Origin: an uncultured Candidatus Saccharibacteria bacterium
Lineage (GTDB): Bacteria > Patescibacteriota > Minisyncoccia > Minisyncoccales > Staskawiczbacteraceae
Assembly: GCA_964475855.1 (NCBI GenBank)
Contig: CAYZAV010000002.1
Span: 51,933-115,932, forward strand
Length of the DNA: 64,000 bases
Direction of reading: 5' to 3'
In this document: positions 60,299-64,000 of the stretch, one piece after another
How positions within the stretch are numbered: the first letter of the stretch is position 1
How the letters are laid out: every line of letters starts with the position of its first letter
Program-made: the position numbers and the translations under genes
Notes under the pieces: generated by a model
What the model was told of the DNA's origin: nothing
What the model saw: only the letters and a program-made list of their open reading frames with translations
Database searches by the model: none

Positions 60299-61168
60299 AT
60301 GAATAAGTTAATAGTATATTTGATAGTGGGACTGGTTTTTTGCATGCCAGTGGCGACAAACGCGCAAACTCCCCTGGAGCAGCAAATTTTGGTATTGCAA
60401 ACAAAAATCAAGCAACTGCAATTATTGCTGGCTGACATGGTTTTGCAAGAACAAACTTCGGCTGGTTCATATATTGCCGTTGATGTATTAGACGGCTCGG
60501 TTATTTCCGCTAAAAATAGCGTAGGGAAATTTCCCATTGCTTCTATTACTAAATTAATGACTGCCGCTGTGATAGTTGAGAATACTGATCTTAGTCAAAC
60601 AGTTACCTTGACTGAAGACATGCTGCGGCCAGAAGGATACAGTCCATCGCTATTTTTAGGGGCAACGGTAACCGTAAAAGATCTTTTGTGTGCCATGTTA
60701 ATCCAGTCAACGAATGATGCGGCCCAAGCTCTGGCTTATGCTGCCGGGCACGAAACATTTATAGAAAAGATGAACCAGAAGGCGGGGGACCTTGGTATGG
60801 TTGATACCCATTTTGAAGATGCCCACGGGCTCGGCCTACAAAACCGATCTACGGCGGCTGACCTGGCTAAATTAATTACGTATATATATCAAAACCATCC
60901 GGAGCTGTTTAGCACAACCAAGGATAATAACTTTTGGTTACCGGATTCGGACGGCCGATTGCTAAAATTCCAAAACTTGAATGTATTTTACAAAAACCCT
61001 GATTTTATTGGCGGCAAAACGGGGTATTTGATTGAAGCGCGCCAGTCCATCGCTTCGGTTTTTACGGTGAAGGGCAGGCCAGTGGCAATTATGTTGCTAT
61101 ATTCCGAGCATCGGCAGGCGGATATTTTAAAAATCATTGAATTTCTAAAAATACCGACCCACTTTTGA
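60299..61168 (+). CDS. D-alanyl-D-alanine carboxypeptidase (S11, PBP5-like)
   Basis: SITK (SxxK), STN (SxN), KTG motifs. Signal peptide from ATG 60299. TGgTATATT lies 6 nt upstream. Confidence 0.82.
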   Translation: MNKLIVYLIVGLVFCMPVATNAQTPLEQQILVLQTKIKQLQLLLADMVLQEQTSAGSYIAVDVLDGSVISAKNSVGKFPIASITKLMTAAVIVENTDLSQTVTLTEDMLRPEGYSPSLFLGATVTVKDLLCAMLIQSTNDAAQALAYAAGHETFIEKMNQKAGDLGMVDTHFEDAHGLGLQNRSTAADLAKLITYIYQNHPELFSTTKDNNFWLPDSDGRLLKFQNLNVFYKNPDFIGGKTGYLIEARQSIASVFTVKGRPVAIMLLYSEHRQADILKIIEFLKIPTHF

Positions 61169-61204
61169 CTTATGCACGTTTTTTTGGTAAAGTTTGCTTA
61201 ACGT

Positions 61205-61279
61205 GGGCCCGTAGTTCAGTGGTAGAACGCTGTCCTGATAAGACAGAGGTCAAAGGTCCGATTCCTTTCGGGCCCACCA
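61205..61279 (+). tRNA. tRNA-Ile (GAT), CCA encoded
   Basis: Acceptor gggcccg/cgggccc, anticodon loop ctGATaa, T arm aaagg-tccgatt-ccttt, 3' acca. Confidence 0.88.
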
Positions 61280-61288
61280 AATAATCGT

Positions 61289-61606
61289 ATGTTTCAAATG
61301 AATAAAAAAAATATCATTACGGTTGCCATTATTGCCGTCATTATTGTGATTGCGGCAATTGCTTTTGGCTGGTATTACTATAGCGTTTCCGGGCCAGTGG
61401 TGCCGGCAGATACTAATCAGTCAGAAAATACTTCCCCTGAAGATAGTGGGATTGAAATACAAACCGGGTCCCAAACCGGGCTTAATATCTGTATCGATAA
61501 ATGCGGTGACGGCGTGTGTCAAAAAGTAGATTTGAAGTGTGTTGATAATTTGAATTGTATCTGTTTGGAAGATACTAACGAATGTCCGCAAGATTGTTCA
61601 AAGTAA
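61289..61606 (+). CDS. Small secreted/anchored Cys-rich protein
   Basis: N-terminal TM. C-terminal CIDKCGDGVCQKVDLKCVDNLNCICLEDTNECPQDC (10 Cys). Confidence 0.5.
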   Translation: MFQMNKKNIITVAIIAVIIVIAAIAFGWYYYSVSGPVVPADTNQSENTSPEDSGIEIQTGSQTGLNICIDKCGDGVCQKVDLKCVDNLNCICLEDTNECPQDCSK

Positions 61607-61615
61607 CCAATACAT

Positions 61616-62143
61616 ATGGGTACGGAGCTTAAATTACTGTTAAGTGCAGTAATTTCATTATTGGTAATGGGCATAGTGTATGCGTTGGGCGGCGACCAGG
61701 TGGCTTCTTGGAAAAATAGCGCGGCTTATTCATCCGCCATTGCCAAAGACAGCGCAGTCTGCCTGGCACCAAAGAAAGCCATAGTGGTAGATGTGATTGA
61801 TGGCGATACGCTAATTGTGGAAGGTGGCGCCCATGTGCGGTTGATTGGCATCGATGCCGAAGAAGTTTCTTTTCCTTGTTTTGGATATGCTAAAAACCGC
61901 TTGGAAGAATTGGTGATGGGAAAAGAAATCAGTCTGGAACGCGACGTAACAGATACCGACCAATACAAGCGTTGTTTAAGGACAGTATTTTTAGAAAATG
62001 AAAATATTAACGTGAAGCTCGTGCGTGAAGGGTTAGTGGCAGCGCGCTTTTATCCGCCGAATGTAAAGTATATGGCTGACCTGACAACGGCTGAAATGTA
62101 CGCCATGGAAAATAATATCGGTTGTAAATGGGCGAACAATTAA
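61616..62143 (+). CDS. Thermonuclease (staphylococcal nuclease homolog)
   Basis: VIDGDTLIV...VRLIGIDAEE...RCLRTVFL...NVKLVREGLV. Confidence 0.8.
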   Translation: MGTELKLLLSAVISLLVMGIVYALGGDQVASWKNSAAYSSAIAKDSAVCLAPKKAIVVDVIDGDTLIVEGGAHVRLIGIDAEEVSFPCFGYAKNRLEELVMGKEISLERDVTDTDQYKRCLRTVFLENENINVKLVREGLVAARFYPPNVKYMADLTTAEMYAMENNIGCKWANN

Positions 62144-62164
62144 TAAAAAACTGAATTCACTCCT

Positions 62165-62389
62165 ATGAAAATAATCATCAAGGCAAGGCCGGGGGCCAGG
62201 CAGGACACGGTAGAAAAAGTGGATGAAGCCAATTATATTGTTTCGGTTATTGCCCCGCCCAAAGACGGTAAGGCAAATGCAGCTATTATCAAGTTGCTGG
62301 CAAGCCACTTTGATGTCAGCCAGTCACTGGTAGAAATTGTCTCCGGTCACATGGCGCGGGTAAAGGTGGTAGAGATACATACGTCGTAA
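62165..62389 (+). CDS. DUF167 (YggU) family protein
   Basis: KARPGARQDTV...APPKDGKANAAIIKLLA... Confidence 0.7.
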   Translation: MKIIIKARPGARQDTVEKVDEANYIVSVIAPPKDGKANAAIIKLLASHFDVSQSLVEIVSGHMARVKVVEIHTS

Positions 62390-62405
62390 AAAACAAGCCG
62401 CAGAG

Positions 62406-62433
62406 TTGATTTTTTCGGGGCACAGAGTACACT
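62406..62433 (+). promoter_or_regulatory. Promoter of ftsZ; predicts a leaderless mRNA
   Basis: TTGATT(62406-62411)-16-TACACT(62428-62433), then 7 nt to ATG 62441. Confidence 0.45.
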
Positions 62434-62440
62434 ATACATA

Positions 62441-63952
62441 ATGGCAAAGCCCAAGAAAAAAAAGAAACTAGTGCTTGCACGAAAAAAACCGGTAAAAAAA
62501 CCGAAAAAAGTTTTAGTAAAGAAAAAACCGATTACCAAGAGAATAAAAGCCAAGACCTTCCGCGGAGTTTCGCGTAAAATTCAGATTGATTCCGCGCCGG
62601 TAGCAGCCTTTCCGGCGGAGGCATTTTTCAAGGCGAAAATAAAAGTAATTGGCATTGGCGGGGGAGGTGGGTCTATTGTTTCCGAAATTGGCAGGTCTTT
62701 GAACAAGGCCACATTTGTGGTGGCGGATACTGATGAACGCGCGTTTAAAAAACGCCAGGGCATCAAACAGTTTTTATTCGGCCAGGAATTGACACATGGT
62801 TTGGGTACCGGATTAAACACCGACTTGGCACAGCGGGCCGCTGAAAGTGAAAAAGAAAATATCGCTAAATTATTTGACGGCCAGGATATTGTTATTTTTA
62901 TCGCCTGTTTGGGCGGAGGATTAGGAAGTGGTGCCACCCAAATATTCGCCGAGGCGGCCAAAGATTTCGGGGGAATTACCTTTGGTATTTTTACGCTGCC
63001 ATTTAAATTTGAAGGCAAAAACAAGCAAAAAATCGCAGCCAAGGCGTTGCGGGAACTACGTAAATCACTTAATGTTTCCATTACTATTCCCAACGAGCGT
63101 ATTTTTAAAATCATCCAGGAAAACACGGCCATTACTGATGCGTTCAGTACGGTTAACCGCAGCCTGATAGAATCGTTGGAAAGTTTGATAGATTTGATTT
63201 ACAATCCCGGTGTCATTAATATTGACTTCGCCGATCTGCGCGCTATTTTAAAGGGACGGGGGAATTTGGCGTTTTTAAATACGGCCGAGGCTTCCGGGGC
63301 TAATAGGGCGGATACCATCATTCATGAAATTTTGCATAACCCCCTATACCAAAGTAATAATTTTTCCGCCGAAAAAGTGCTATTTAACATTGCGAGCGGG
63401 GGAAATTTAAGCATGTTTGAGGTGGATAAAATAAGCCGGGTCATTTCTGAACATAACCAGTCCGCCAAGATTATTTTCGGGATTTCCAAAGACAATTCTC
63501 TGAAAAATAAAATCAAGACGACGCTGCTCATGACGGGGGCACCGCTTGGGGTGGAGCCCGATGCTACAAAGGTTACAAAGGTTGCAAAGGTGGCAGAGGT
63601 CGCAAAGGCTCCGGAAGCTACAAAGGTGACAAAGGCTACAAAAGTGGCAAAGACCACAAAGGTGGCAAAGGTGGTCTCGCCTTCGCCTAAGGCTTCGGCG
63701 AAACAAAGAAAGAAAAAAGTGGTGCCGGCGTCAAAAACCCCACCGCTTCAAAATGTTCCCGTTTTTTCCAATGTGTACGAGCCGGCCGAAAATTCGCGTA
63801 AATTGAGCATTGTTGAGCCACCACAGAAAAAAGCCATCAGGCGCACAGCATTGGAAGTGAAAAAAGCCGAAGAAATACAAGAACAAAGGCAATCCGATCA
63901 GGAAAAAGAGTGGGAAATTCCAGCATTTTTAAGAAAAATAAAGATCAAATAA
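62441..63952 (+). CDS. ftsZ: Cell division protein FtsZ with a ~60-aa Lys-rich N-terminal extension and a repeat-built C-terminal linker
   Basis: GIGGGGGS, ACLGGGLGSGA tubulin-signature region. C-terminal peptide EWEIPAFLRK. Confidence 0.9.
   Translation: MAKPKKKKKLVLARKKPVKKPKKVLVKKKPITKRIKAKTFRGVSRKIQIDSAPVAAFPAEAFFKAKIKVIGIGGGGGSIVSEIGRSLNKATFVVADTDERAFKKRQGIKQFLFGQELTHGLGTGLNTDLAQRAAESEKENIAKLFDGQDIVIFIACLGGGLGSGATQIFAEAAKDFGGITFGIFTLPFKFEGKNKQKIAAKALRELRKSLNVSITIPNERIFKIIQENTAITDAFSTVNRSLIESLESLIDLIYNPGVINIDFADLRAILKGRGNLAFLNTAEASGANRADTIIHEILHNPLYQSNNFSAEKVLFNIASGGNLSMFEVDKISRVISEHNQSAKIIFGISKDNSLKNKIKTTLLMTGAPLGVEPDATKVTKVAKVAEVAKAPEATKVTKATKVAKTTKVAKVVSPSPKASAKQRKKKVVPASKTPPLQNVPVFSNVYEPAENSRKLSIVEPPQKKAIRRTALEVKKAEEIQEQRQSDQEKEWEIPAFLRKIKIK
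63563..63670 (+). repeat. Twelve tandem in-frame 9-bp units (GTKRCAAAG family) inside ftsZ
   Basis: gctacaaag gttacaaag gttgcaaag gtggcagag gtcgcaaag gctccggaa gctacaaag gtgacaaag gctacaaaa gtggcaaag accacaaag gtggcaaag. Confidence 0.85.
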
Positions 63953-64000
63953 AGTTGATAGTTATTAGTTTATAGTTTTAGTTAAGTGGTTATCAGTTAA

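Noticed and set aside
1-64000. Alternative genetic code (UGA recoded, as in some CPR lineages).
   Set aside because: RF2, the UGA-specific release factor, is present and its autoregulatory frameshift uses an in-frame TGA. All conserved genes have the expected lengths with code 11.

Overview
This is a 64 kb, AT-rich, gene-dense bacterial segment. It most resembles a reduced-genome Candidate Phyla Radiation / Patescibacteria organism: there is no rpmD (L30) between rpsE and rplO, the aaRS genes are compact, several r-proteins carry extensions, and core genes lack a Shine-Dalgarno (SD) motif. The genetic code is standard, since RF2 is present and carries the classical +1 frameshift.

Content:
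- str operon pieces: rpsL, rpsG, fusA and tuf.
- The S10-spc-alpha ribosomal superoperon: 20 genes from rpsJ to rplO, then secY, adk, map, and later infA, rpmJ, rpsM, rpsK, rpsD, rpoA, rplQ, rplM, rpsI.
- Envelope and division genes: murA, two mreB paralogs, rseP, an ftsB-like gene, ftsE/ftsX, a PBP5-like carboxypeptidase, ftsZ.
- Other housekeeping genes: frr, prfB, alaS, proS, gatCA, holB, tpiA.
- Four tRNAs (Gly, Thr, Gln, Ile).
- A thiol-redox/metal island with a degraded chimeric P-type ATPase.

Main observations worth follow-up:
1. About ten mostly G+C-rich single-gene cassettes, each with its own TTGACA-type promoter, a strong SD and a terminator, sit inside conserved operons whose own genes are SD-less and often leaderless.
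2. rpoA lacks the alpha C-terminal domain, while an orphan alphaCTD-like protein is one of those cassettes.
3. Two dispersed structured repeat families show compensatory substitutions: a 177-bp palindromic element, and a ~95-bp element abutting the start codons of rpmB, rplQ and a small ORF.
4. A 9-bp word repeat occurs both in an intergenic hairpin and in frame inside gatC and ftsZ.

No CRISPR array, transposase, integrase or rRNA was seen. All calls come from reading the sequence and the ORF track by eye; no database search was run.
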